DNA from: a virus
Direction: 5' to 3' (one strand)
Virus record (IMG/VR): IMGVR_UViG_3300032268_001078
Coordinates: 115,716 to 179,715 of that record
DNA: 64,000 nucleotides
The notes under the pieces were generated by a model. It had not been told where the DNA came from and ran no database searches. It was given only the letters and a program-made list of their open reading frames with translations. The translations under genes and the position numbers were made by a program. The stretch's first letter is position 1. Each line of letters opens with the position of its first letter. Shown piece after piece: positions 1 through 9,002 of the stretch.

Positions 1-2638
1 TTGTTATAATAGTATCTGAGGATGTAGGTAGAGTGTTATTTCTTTTCCAAATATTTAATGTTGTTGTAGAACCTGTATTTGATGTTAAAATAAATCCTTT
101 TATAGATCCTGAATACGGTGAATAAAATATACTGTTGGTTTTACTTCCTACTGTTATTGGAGTTGGAATACTACCTAAATTAAATGTAATTGTTCTTGAT
201 TCTGTAATAGAAGTAGAAGCAGTTATAGAATAGGAACTTGTTCCTAATAAACTACCTGTAAATCCTAAAGTTGATATTATAGACCCAGTCACAGTCAAAC
301 TTCCTGTTATTATAGCTGATCCTGTAAAAGGAAATGCTCCACCACCACCAGTGTAACTTACAGTTACATCTCCTACTCCACTTCCAGGTGAAACAGATAT
401 ACTTGAACCTGCTATAATTTTTGTTACAGCACCACCGCCTCCTCCTCCTGATCCTGTATTAATAGTGATTGGAAATGTTGAACCGTCACCTTTAGTGAAA
501 GTAATTGTGTTTAGATTTACAGAAGCAGTTGTTAATAATGAACCGGTGTCTGTACTCCCACCGCCTCCTCCGTTCATAGCATAACTAGCAGTTAAAGCAT
601 AACTTGAACTTAAGGATTGGTTTGAATAAGACGAAGTTCCTAATAAAGATCCAGTAAATCCATTAGTTGATTGTATACTACCTGTTACTACTAAATTACC
701 TGCTATATTCTGTGATCCTGTATTTGTTAATACTTCATGCCATCCTGGTTGTGATCCAGAATTGTAGTAATAAAGTCCTTCTGTAGCAGAAGATGTAATG
801 TAGGTTATAAGACCTTGAGCCGGACTACTTATGTTTGATGTTAGGTTTGTTCTAGGTGGTAAGAAACCTTTTGTTGTACTATTTGCCTGTAAAACTGCCG
901 AAGGTACTTCAGATTGTCCAGATCCAAAATTACCCCAGTTTGTTATTGTTATACTATTTGTATTGATACCTTGAGCACCTGCTCCAATGATGGTATAACC
1001 ATCATCTCTAACTCTAAATACTTGTGTACCACTACTATTTTGAACTAAGAGAGCATTGGTGACAGATGTTGTTCCTGATCCTTTAACTAATAAACTATTA
1101 GTATTAGAACCTGTGATTGTTAAAGTACCTGCTATGTTCTGTGGCCCGGTATCATTTAATACTTTAGTCCATGCCTGATATGATCCTGAGTTATAATAGT
1201 AAAGTCCTTCTGTATCAGAAGATGTAATGTATGTTATTAAACCTTGAGCAGGACTGCTTATACTTGAGGTTAGGTTTGTTCTAGGTGGTAAGAATCCTTT
1301 TGTTGTAGACCGAACTTCAAATATTGCAGAGGTATTAGTAGCTCCAGCAGTTGCAGCTACGTTAATCCCTCCATTAACAGCAAAAAGTGTCATATCAAAT
1401 TGCGAACTTAATTGCATACGACCACCATTACTACCATTTAGTGTTCCTCCACCATTACCATTTACGGTAAATGATGAACCTAAATTAATTCCTCCATCGT
1501 CAGCAACTTTAAAATACTGAGTTCCTGCACTATTCTGAACTAGAAATGAAGATGACAATGAACTTGTAGTTTGGCCTACTATATGTAATGAAGCAGAAGG
1601 TATTATTGTTCCTACTCCTATAAGTCTATTATCAAGTATTGCTAGTGAAGCAGATGCGTTAGCATTTTCTATTCTTAAAGTTGTGGTAGCAGTAGTTGTA
1701 CCTGCTCCTTTTACAGTTAATCGAGCAGGTGGGGTTTCAGTCGTCACGTAGGTATTTCCTACAGCCATGTAACTAGGAGCTGAGACATGTCCGTTAAGAT
1801 TTATATACAGTCCATTATTGTTGTTTGCCCTAATTCTAAAATTGTTATAATTTGTAGTTAAAAGAGCATCTGAACCTATATCTTTAAATTGAAATTCTTT
1901 ACCATTTATCGCTATAACTGATTGTGATGAACCTGTCACTGTTAAAGATCCAGTGACAGTCAAACTTCCTGTTATTACTGCGCTTCCTGTATATGGAAAA
2001 GTTGAACCACCCCCACCACCTCCTGATCCTGTATTTACAGTAATTGGAAATGTAGTTCCATCTCCTTTAGTAAAAGTAATAGTATTTAAATTAACAGATG
2101 CTGTTACTAGTAAAGATCCTGTGTCTGTATTTCCACCTCCACCTCCGCCATTTAAAGCATAACTAGCTGTTAAAGCATAAGAAGAAGTTCCTAATAATGA
2201 GCCTGTGAATCCCTGTGTTGCTGTTATTGATCCTGTAACTACTAAAGAACCAGATATTATAGCAGATCCTGTATATGGAAAAGATGAATTTTCTTCATTT
2301 AATATTCCTCCTACTGAAGCTATAGCAAAACCACTTTCTAAAGTTGGAAAAGTTATTGTTGCACTTGAAGTACTATTTAATAATAAGTTTTGAGGAATAA
2401 TTTGATTATAATTTGAATCAAAAACTGTTATAATTGGTGTTCTTGTTCCTAAATTATGATTAAATACCCAAGTATCTGAATTACTAAATGAAGATGTTAT
2501 TACAGATCCAGATCCAGATCCAGAAACATATATATTTGTAGTTCCTCCGTTTAAAGCATATGAAGCAGTTCCAAATAAAGATCCTGTATATGAACCTGTT
2601 TGATTAAAGTCTATTTGATGTAATTTGATTAATGCCAT
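1..2638 (-). CDS. Tail fibre/long virion fibre protein, more than 879 aa, 3' end outside the window; absent from the supplied ORF track
   Basis: ATG at 2638, just after the TAG-TAA stops of the gp15-like gene. My translation reads MALIKLHQIDFNQTGSYTGSLFG...LNIWKRNNTLPTSSDTII, with no in-frame stop in the segments I checked codon by codon. It is Gly/Ser/Thr-rich, has a GVGTIIPSASLHI fibre-type motif and two internal duplications. Confidence 0.85.
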   Translation of the reverse strand, partial: MALIKLHQIDFNQTGSYTGSLFGTASYALNGGTTNIYVSGSGSGSVITSSFSNSDTWVFNHNLGTRTPIITVFDSNYNQIIPQNLLLNSTSSATITFPTLESGFAIASVGGILNEENSSFPYTGSAIISGSLVVTGSITATQGFTGSLLGTSSYALTASYALNGGGGGGNTDTGSLLVTASVNLNTITFTKGDGTTFPITVNTGSGGGGGGSTFPYTGSAVITGSLTVTGSLTVTGSSQSVIAINGKEFQFKDIGSDALLTTNYNNFRIRANNNNGLYINLNGHVSAPSYMAVGNTYVTTETPPARLTVKGAGTTTATTTLRIENANASASLAILDNRLIGVGTIIPSASLHIVGQTTSSLSSSFLVQNSAGTQYFKVADDGGINLGSSFTVNGNGGGTLNGSNGGRMQLSSQFDMTLFAVNGGINVAATAGATNTSAIFEVRSTTKGFLPPRTNLTSSISSPAQGLITYITSSDTEGLYYYNSGSYQAWTKVLNDTGPQNIAGTLTITGSNTNSLLVKGSGTTSVTNALLVQNSSGTQVFRVRDDGYTIIGAGAQGINTNSITITNWGNFGSGQSEVPSAVLQANSTTKGFLPPRTNLTSNISSPAQGLITYITSSATEGLYYYNSGSQPGWHEVLTNTGSQNIAGNLVVTGSIQSTNGFTGSLLGTSSYSNQSLSSSYALTASYAMNGGGGGSTDTGSLLTTASVNLNTITFTKGDGSTFPITINTGSGGGGGGAVTKIIAGSSISVSPGSGVGDVTVSYTGGGGAFPFTGSAIITGSLTVTGSIISTLGFTGSLLGTSSYSITASTSITESRTITFNLGSIPTPITVGSKTNSIFYSPYSGSIKGFILTSNTGSTTTLNIWKRNNTLPTSSDTIIT
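430..2190. repeat. Two internal direct-repeat pairs in the fibre gene (about 430-610 vs 2000-2190; about 766-878 vs 1193-1307)
   Basis: Duplicated peptides SYALTASYAxNGGGGGxxDTGSLLxTASVNLNTITFTKGDGxTFPITxNTGSGGGGG and TKGFLPPRTNLTSxISSPAQGLITYITSSxTEGLYYYNSGS; DNA differences are mostly at third codon positions. Confidence 0.9.
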
Positions 2639-2644
2639 TTCTTA

Positions 2645-3844
2645 CTATATGTATTTTCCTATTACTATCACATAATCTCCAACAATAACTGATGATGATC
2701 CACTAAATGTGATTTTAATATCACTTCCTTCTTGTTCAATTTCAAATAAAGTTGAGTCAATTGTTACTCCATTTACATAAACAATAAAGTTTAATTTACT
2801 TGTAGGTGTTAATGATAATGGAGCAGTTAAAATTGTTCTATTTCTTAAATAAGCCAAGTTATTACTCACTACTTCAGCTTGACTTGTAGTATTTGTGTTT
2901 AAATAATTAATAACTAAACTATAATCTGGTGGAGTTCCTCCTCCACCGCCTCCTGGAATAACTTGTGTATCAACTCTAGTTTTAGTATTAACAGGAACAG
3001 TATACATACTTGAAATGTATCCTTCATTAAATTTAACTGTTCCTTTACTCACAAAATTCATTTCATGAGACATAAAAGCATTAACAGTATCTGGAATTAA
3101 GTATCCATGTAGTGTTAAAGTAATTTTAGAAGTTACAGTTCTTTCTTCATCTTGTGTATATGAGTTCACTGTTGAAAAACTATTAGCATTTACGCGGAAA
3201 TAATAGCGGTTCTTATCGCCCCAATAGCTGTTTTCAGCATATTGTATGCTTTCAATAACTCTGTTTAATTGCTCAACGAAATTTGTATAAATTGTTAAAT
3301 CATAAGTTATGTTTACATAATCAGGATGAGCAACCATTTTAAATTCTTTAACAGGTTGTCTGTTGTTTAAAACTCCAAAATTATCATAAGCATTTTTAGT
3401 TGTATAAGATTGTTGGAATATATGTAAATTTTGAGCTACATTACTATCAAGATTTCTACCAATTGTTCTTATTTTTTCTATATTTGTACGATTTACTACA
3501 ATAACAGGAGTTAAAATTTTATTATTAACGTCTCTTAAGTATCCGTCTTTTTGCATTGCTACCCATCTTTCAGGATAAGCATAAATAACAGGTACTTCTA
3601 TTAATTCAGTATTTTGATAAATTGTAGGTTTAATGTTTTCTTTAATATGGTTTAACACAGCTGTGTCTAAGTCAATTAATCTAACACTAAAATCTTTAGT
3701 TCTTGAGTCTTTAGATGATACTTTAGTAGCTCTATTTTTACTTATTGCTGGTTCCTTACCATAGTCAACTAAATCATAAGGTTCAATTTTTTCTTGAACT
3801 CTTTCAGCTGGTGTTTTTGGTATAGGTTTTCTAATTTGAGCCAT
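2645..3844 (-). CDS. gp15: Tail terminator/sheath-stabiliser-like protein (T4 gp15-like) with C-terminal extension
   Basis: VPVIYAYPERW motif, VNITYDLTIYT strand, and synteny after gp13/gp14-like genes. Confidence 0.7.
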   Translation of the reverse strand: MAQIRKPIPKTPAERVQEKIEPYDLVDYGKEPAISKNRATKVSSKDSRTKDFSVRLIDLDTAVLNHIKENIKPTIYQNTELIEVPVIYAYPERWVAMQKDGYLRDVNNKILTPVIVVNRTNIEKIRTIGRNLDSNVAQNLHIFQQSYTTKNAYDNFGVLNNRQPVKEFKMVAHPDYVNITYDLTIYTNFVEQLNRVIESIQYAENSYWGDKNRYYFRVNANSFSTVNSYTQDEERTVTSKITLTLHGYLIPDTVNAFMSHEMNFVSKGTVKFNEGYISSMYTVPVNTKTRVDTQVIPGGGGGGTPPDYSLVINYLNTNTTSQAEVVSNNLAYLRNRTILTAPLSLTPTSKLNFIVYVNGVTIDSTLFEIEQEGSDIKITFSGSSSVIVGDYVIVIGKYI

Positions 3845-4446
3845 TATTGTAATTTATAAGGTATTAAATTTAAATGAGTTACTCGAGTCATATGAGCATC
3901 TAATTCATACATTAAACTTTCTCCTCGTTTAAATAAAGGATTTGATTCAAATGTTCCTTGAAGATAATACTGATCATCATTTCCAAACATAATGTGATTT
4001 TCATTTACATTATGAAGTTCATAGTATCTTTCTCTGTCTAATAAAATATCTCCTACTTCAGGAAATACTCCTATTTGAACTAACATTTCATGAACAAACC
4101 AAAATTTACTTTGTTGAGTATTAGTAGGTCCATAATCATCTACTTGTATTCTTTCATCACCTCTATCAATATAACACTTCATCATTACTGGTTCATAGTA
4201 GTATTTTGATAAAGATTCACCATAAATGTTCACATTAGATTGTTGGGGAATAATTTTATAGTATGCTACTTGCATAGACATAAGTCTCTTGTAACCTTCT
4301 GTAACAGAAGACACTTGAAAATCTACATCTTGTCCAGGAGCAAATGGATTAGGTCTAGCATTTCCATCAGGATTTGATGGAGTTGCTTGATAATCACCGG
4401 GTGTTGTAACCGCCTGTCCTGGCCTTCTAAAAAATGCACCAGCCAT
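3844..4446 (-). CDS. gp14: Neck/head-closure protein (T4 gp14-like)
   Basis: VAYYKI...NIYGESLSKYY.EPV.MKCYI pattern; position between gp13- and gp15-like genes. Confidence 0.65.
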   Translation of the reverse strand: MAGAFFRRPGQAVTTPGDYQATPSNPDGNARPNPFAPGQDVDFQVSSVTEGYKRLMSMQVAYYKIIPQQSNVNIYGESLSKYYYEPVMMKCYIDRGDERIQVDDYGPTNTQQSKFWFVHEMLVQIGVFPEVGDILLDRERYYELHNVNENHIMFGNDDQYYLQGTFESNPLFKRGESLMYELDAHMTRVTHLNLIPYKLQ

Positions 4447-5954
4447 TATAATATATAAATTTGATTAGGTAATGGAATATTTTTTGAGATTGTATTAGTA
4501 AATTCAACTTCAGCAGCTTGTCTTTCTAATTGTTTTTGTCTGCTTGTTTGATCTAAAAAATCTCTTAATTGTTCTAGTAATTTATCTTTATCATTTTGTG
4601 ATTGAGACATTAAATCTCCAGAACTCATTGCTCCTATTTTAGGAACATCAGCACTTGGAAATTTACCTCTAGAAAATCCTAAAGTTTCTTTAGCTAATGC
4701 TAAAGCATAACGCATAATCCAACTTCTTCCTACTGAATTAATTTCAGAGTATGTTGGATTCATATAAGGAACTCGAGTTACATCAGTAATTATAGGTCCA
4801 GTTGGTTTAGTGTTATTATTAAGATTTTGATTTTGATTTTCTATGTCTTTTTTATTAGCATATTCAATCCAATATTTTCCTGAATGTTCAGGTCTTGGAA
4901 ATATTGTTAAATTATTATTGTTTATACTAAAACTAAATCCACTACTTCTAACGTTTCTAGCCATTTCAATTTCTTGAATTCTTTGAACGTCAAAATACAC
5001 AGGCCATACAATATAATTGTTTCCTGAGTAACCATTATAAATACCCCATCCATCTGGGTAAGCACTTACACCACCTAATCCAGGAAATGGATTGTTGTAT
5101 TGGGCAATAGCAGGAAGAGCTTCATAAAACACACGAGTTACTACTACATCTTCTCCTTGAGCCATCCAATTATTAACAGTTGAAATAGTTTTTAAATCAT
5201 AAACTTGTTGACCATGAACTACATCAATACTTCCACTGTATGTAGGAATACTTTTAATAAATGCTTGATCTGCAAATTTATTAGATATTTTAATTACACC
5301 TCCTAAAGTTCTGTCTACTACACGAGTATTCATTAAATTATCTGATTTATAAGGAATATAACTTGCAGAAACATTAGAATTTGACAAATTACATCTATAA
5401 TCAGTGATTATAACAATATTTTCTCCATCTTTATGTGTAAATCTTGCTAAACTATTTCCACACCCTCCGTCTAAACTTAAACCTTGTAAACTTCCAGAGT
5501 CAGCTAAAGCTAAAGCAGGAAAGTAAGGAGCTTTATTTACATAGAAAATACTACCAGAAGCAATTGCTTGGGTAAAATATGGATCATTATTAAAATCTGC
5601 TGCTGTTGCTGTGTGAGATGGTCCAAAATTCAACAGAGTTTGTTTGTAAGTTACGTTGTAATCACAAAGAAACATATCAGTCGGCGATCCCTCAAGACTT
5701 AAGTAATTCTCGCGTATTTTATACAAATAAACTTCATTACCATAAGTTGTAACTGCTTCTTCATAAGCAGCGTATATTTGAAAATCTACTAATTCAACAT
5801 CAACTACACCATATCCTAAACGACGAGTTATATAAAAACATGCTTTTTGAGCGTCTGTTTGAAAAACAGGATCGTTGTCATAGTACCCCCATGGAGTATT
5901 TCCTTTTACTGGAAGTAAGTCGGTTGTGGATAGGGCATAGTTGTAGTCACTCAT
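4446..5954 (-). CDS. gp13: Neck/head-tail adaptor (T4 gp13-like)
   Basis: RRLGYGVVDVELVDFQI motif; WIMRYALALAKETLGFSRGKF C-terminal motif. Confidence 0.75.
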   Translation of the reverse strand: MSDYNYALSTTDLLPVKGNTPWGYYDNDPVFQTDAQKACFYITRRLGYGVVDVELVDFQIYAAYEEAVTTYGNEVYLYKIRENYLSLEGSPTDMFLCDYNVTYKQTLLNFGPSHTATAADFNNDPYFTQAIASGSIFYVNKAPYFPALALADSGSLQGLSLDGGCGNSLARFTHKDGENIVIITDYRCNLSNSNVSASYIPYKSDNLMNTRVVDRTLGGVIKISNKFADQAFIKSIPTYSGSIDVVHGQQVYDLKTISTVNNWMAQGEDVVVTRVFYEALPAIAQYNNPFPGLGGVSAYPDGWGIYNGYSGNNYIVWPVYFDVQRIQEIEMARNVRSSGFSFSINNNNLTIFPRPEHSGKYWIEYANKKDIENQNQNLNNNTKPTGPIITDVTRVPYMNPTYSEINSVGRSWIMRYALALAKETLGFSRGKFPSADVPKIGAMSSGDLMSQSQNDKDKLLEQLRDFLDQTSRQKQLERQAAEVEFTNTISKNIPLPNQIYIL

Positions 5955-5977
5955 AGTCAGTAATAAATATTACTTAT

Positions 5978-6685
5978 TTAATCTCTTAATTGTTTGTAAA
6001 TTTCAAGTATAGGTTCAACTATAGGATGTCTGTGGTTTGTTTTTAAATGAATACTTGCTACTCCTGAAACAGCTGTAACTGCTCTACTCATAAAAAATAA
6101 ACCACTGTCTTTCTTTTGTTTTAAATCAATTTGACCTGTATCACCAACAATAGCCATTTTACTACCTTCACATAAACGAGTTACTGCTAATTCCATTTGA
6201 CCATCTGTAATATTTTGTGCTTCATCTAAAATAATAAAACTATTACTAAAGTTTCTACCTCTCATAAAGGCAAATGGAATAATTTCTATTCTACCTTCTG
6301 CAATTTCTTTATCAATTTTTTCTTTATTGTATAATCGATACATGTTATCATAAATAGGTGCAATAAATGGATCTAACTTATCTTTTAAGTTTCCAGGTAA
6401 GAATCCAATTTCTTCCTTCGCTGTTACTACAGGTCTTGCTACAATGATTTTTTCAACTTCTTTGTTAAACAATAAATCTAAAGCGGCTTGACATGCTACT
6501 AATGTTTTACCACTACCAGCTAATCCTGTCAATACTGTAATAGTATTGTCTAGAATCATTTGTTTAGCTTGTTTTTGCTCTGTGTTTAAAGAAATGTTAA
6601 ATTTAATTGGGTTTTTTGGCTTGCGCTTCTCTTTGAAGTTGTGATTTGCTACCGCAGTCACTACTCTATCTACATTGTTATCCAT
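5978..6685 (-). CDS. phoH: PhoH-like ATPase
   Basis: Walker A GLAGSGKT, IGFLPG, FMRGRNF, ILDEAQN, GDTGQID and RHPIV, the canonical PhoH motifs. Confidence 0.95.
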   Translation of the reverse strand: MDNNVDRVVTAVANHNFKEKRKPKNPIKFNISLNTEQKQAKQMILDNTITVLTGLAGSGKTLVACQAALDLLFNKEVEKIIVARPVVTAKEEIGFLPGNLKDKLDPFIAPIYDNMYRLYNKEKIDKEIAEGRIEIIPFAFMRGRNFSNSFIILDEAQNITDGQMELAVTRLCEGSKMAIVGDTGQIDLKQKKDSGLFFMSRAVTAVSGVASIHLKTNHRHPIVEPILEIYKQLRD

Positions 6686-6714
6686 AACGTGTGTTGATAA
6701 TAAATATAAATTTA

Positions 6715-7221
6715 TTACAACAGCTTGTTGGATTTTCGTCTATTTTCTGTAATTAGTAAAGGCTGAGTATTGGTATAATGAAAAGTTCCTTTTTTACTAA
6801 GAGGAATAATATGATCTATTTCCCAATAAGTTCCCCAATTGTCCCATGACATTTCTGAAGTAAATTGATTTTCTAAATGTTGTTTGTAAACTTGAATATC
6901 ACAACCTAAGTACTCGTCTGTACTTCTGTCTTTTTCGTCTTTTAAGCTATTGTAAATTCTAGCTCTTAAAGCTTCTTTTAATTTTACTTCAGGATTTTGT
7001 CTTCGTTTTCTAGCAGCCTCAGTAAGTTGTTGAGTTCTATGTTGTTTTTGTTTAGGAGATAAATTAGCTAATCTGTTTTTATGATAATCTCCTGTATATT
7101 TTGACTTTTCTTTTTCCTTTCTGCAGGATTTACAACCACTCAACATACCACTTTTGTGATCTTTACTTTTATAATACTCAGTAATAGATTTATCTACACC
7201 ACAGATTGTGCATTTTATCAT
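6715..7221 (-). CDS. Free-standing HNH (homing) endonuclease with N-terminal zinc finger
   Basis: CxxC...CxxC N-terminus; WEIDHIIPLS...HYTNTQPL...NRRKSN HNH core. Confidence 0.85.
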   Translation of the reverse strand: MIKCTICGVDKSITEYYKSKDHKSGMLSGCKSCRKEKEKSKYTGDYHKNRLANLSPKQKQHRTQQLTEAARKRRQNPEVKLKEALRARIYNSLKDEKDRSTDEYLGCDIQVYKQHLENQFTSEMSWDNWGTYWEIDHIIPLSKKGTFHYTNTQPLLITENRRKSNKLL

Positions 7222-7234
7222 ATGTTATAAATAT

Positions 7235-7268
7235 AAAAAAAGGCTTGGCAAAAGCCAAGCCTCTTTTA
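7235..7268 (-). terminator. Intrinsic terminator downstream of the major capsid gene
   Basis: Perfect 9-bp stem AGGCTTGGC/GCCAAGCCT (7241-7262), 4-nt loop, followed by a U-tract on the minus strand. Confidence 0.9.
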
Positions 7269-7286
7269 AATCAGGTTTAGGTTAGA

Positions 7287-8975
7287 TTAAACTACATCTA
7301 AATCCGCTACTAAGATTTTTCCGTAGTAATCAGGACGGATCATTTTCTTAGCGTATCTTGTCATTATCCCCTTGCGTGGAGTGAAGGTTTCAGGATCGTA
7401 GATAAGAGGAGTCATAATCAATGGAACATATGGAGCATAAACTGCACCAGTTTCCAAGAATTGACCACCTTTATAACCTAATAAAATTGTGTTATCTTTG
7501 AAGTATGGGTTTTTGTAAACTTTGTAACGACCGTTGATAGCACCAATCTTTTGAACACCAAATGCATATTTCATTGTTTCAGCATCAGTATTGTCAGCTG
7601 CAAATCCTGGAATTGATTCCAAAATAGTAGCTACTGCTGGAGAAATAACCATGAAATTAGCACCACCACGTAAAGTTCTTTGGTGGATGATGTTAGAGAT
7701 TTTTTGCAATTTGATTCCTAAAGTTTGGAACCAAGACATTTGGTTGTAGTAAACACCAGCTGTGTTACTTACAAATGCGTTTTGAGCTGCGTTGATTTGG
7801 TTACCAACTTTTGCAGACCAAAATTCAGTTGTAGCTGCACCTTGCAACAACATACCTAAAATTTCAAGATCAATTTCCATTGAAATTTGTTCAGACAACA
7901 ATGAAGTTAATTCAGCTTCAGCATCCAAGTTTTGGTATGCGTTCAAGTCTTGAGCAAATTCAGGAGTCCATTGAGCTTTCATTTTACGAGTTTCAGCAGT
8001 AATACTGTCAGAACGTAATTTGATGTTGATTTCAGGGAAAACAATACTTGTGTTTGATTGAGCATTAGGAAAAGCTAAACCACTATTGCCATCTTCAAAA
8101 TCACCAGCATTGAATGGGTTTACTGTAGTTTCTTTAAAGAAGTAAGCAATACCAGCAGTACCGGCAGAAGCAGTAGCAGCTACACCAGTAGCAGAAGCAG
8201 TTACATACCAATAAACATTTCCGTCAGCTTTAATATTAGTTAATTCAGCCAATACAGTATTTGGAGTAGTTCCAGAACCACTGATGTACCAAGCAGAAAT
8301 TGCAGATAAATCAGCAATAACACCAGAACCAGTAAATGCACTTGAAGCAGAAACTTCAAAGATTTGACCAGCAGCTAAAGAAGCTGTATAACGAGCATCA
8401 AAATTTAATTTAGCGAAATCACCAACTGTAGTTTGAGATAAAGTTTTAGCTTTCAAAGTAACAGAAGCTGAAAATTCGTTACGAGTGTAACCATAACGAC
8501 CTTGACCATAGTAACCACCTTCAGCTAAGTTACTGAAGTTACTGTTACCAAATCCAGGTGCTGGTGTACCATATAAAGAATCACCACTAGAGAAAGGAGC
8601 TTTATTAGTTCCATATTGGAAATCCAAATAGAAGATAAGTCCTGAAGGCATAGACATAGGTTGTACGCTAACAAATTCTTTAGCTACAACTTGACCAAAG
8701 ATCTTACGAATCATTGGTAAAGCAACACCAGCCCATTGGTAACCGTTACCAACCTGGAAACCAGATGCTGGTGAACTTTGAGGGCCTGATGTATTAGTTT
8801 CAACGATAAGTTGTTTAGCTTGGTTTTCCAACAACATAGACATATTAGTCTTGTCATATCCACTCAAACCTTCCAACAAACCAGATTTACCCCATTTGCC
8901 TGCTAAACGAGCTGCGTCGTTTTGCAAAGACTGCCATGGGTTAGCAGATTCGAGGAGTTGATTAATTGTACTCAT
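7287..8975 (-). CDS. gp23: Major capsid protein (T4 gp23-like)
   Basis: KWGKSGLLEGL, VSVQPMSMPSGLIFYLDF, RKMKAQWTPEFAQDLNAY, EIDLEIL, FYTPRKG-type end (FTPRKGIMTRYA). Confidence 0.95.
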   Translation of the reverse strand: MSTINQLLESANPWQSLQNDAARLAGKWGKSGLLEGLSGYDKTNMSMLLENQAKQLIVETNTSGPQSSPASGFQVGNGYQWAGVALPMIRKIFGQVVAKEFVSVQPMSMPSGLIFYLDFQYGTNKAPFSSGDSLYGTPAPGFGNSNFSNLAEGGYYGQGRYGYTRNEFSASVTLKAKTLSQTTVGDFAKLNFDARYTASLAAGQIFEVSASSAFTGSGVIADLSAISAWYISGSGTTPNTVLAELTNIKADGNVYWYVTASATGVAATASAGTAGIAYFFKETTVNPFNAGDFEDGNSGLAFPNAQSNTSIVFPEINIKLRSDSITAETRKMKAQWTPEFAQDLNAYQNLDAEAELTSLLSEQISMEIDLEILGMLLQGAATTEFWSAKVGNQINAAQNAFVSNTAGVYYNQMSWFQTLGIKLQKISNIIHQRTLRGGANFMVISPAVATILESIPGFAADNTDAETMKYAFGVQKIGAINGRYKVYKNPYFKDNTILLGYKGGQFLETGAVYAPYVPLIMTPLIYDPETFTPRKGIMTRYAKKMIRPDYYGKILVADLDVV

Positions 8976-9002
8976 TTTATTTTTTTTTGTTTTGTTTTAA
9001 GT

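Noticed and set aside
430-2190. Diversity-generating retroelement TR/VR pair in the fibre gene
   Set aside because: Both copies are in frame within one gene, differences are mainly synonymous rather than adenine-specific, and no reverse transcriptase is in the window.
1953-2393. Plus-strand ORFs 1953-2162 and 2205-2393 (Pro-rich)
   Set aside because: Antisense shadows of the Gly-rich fibre gene.
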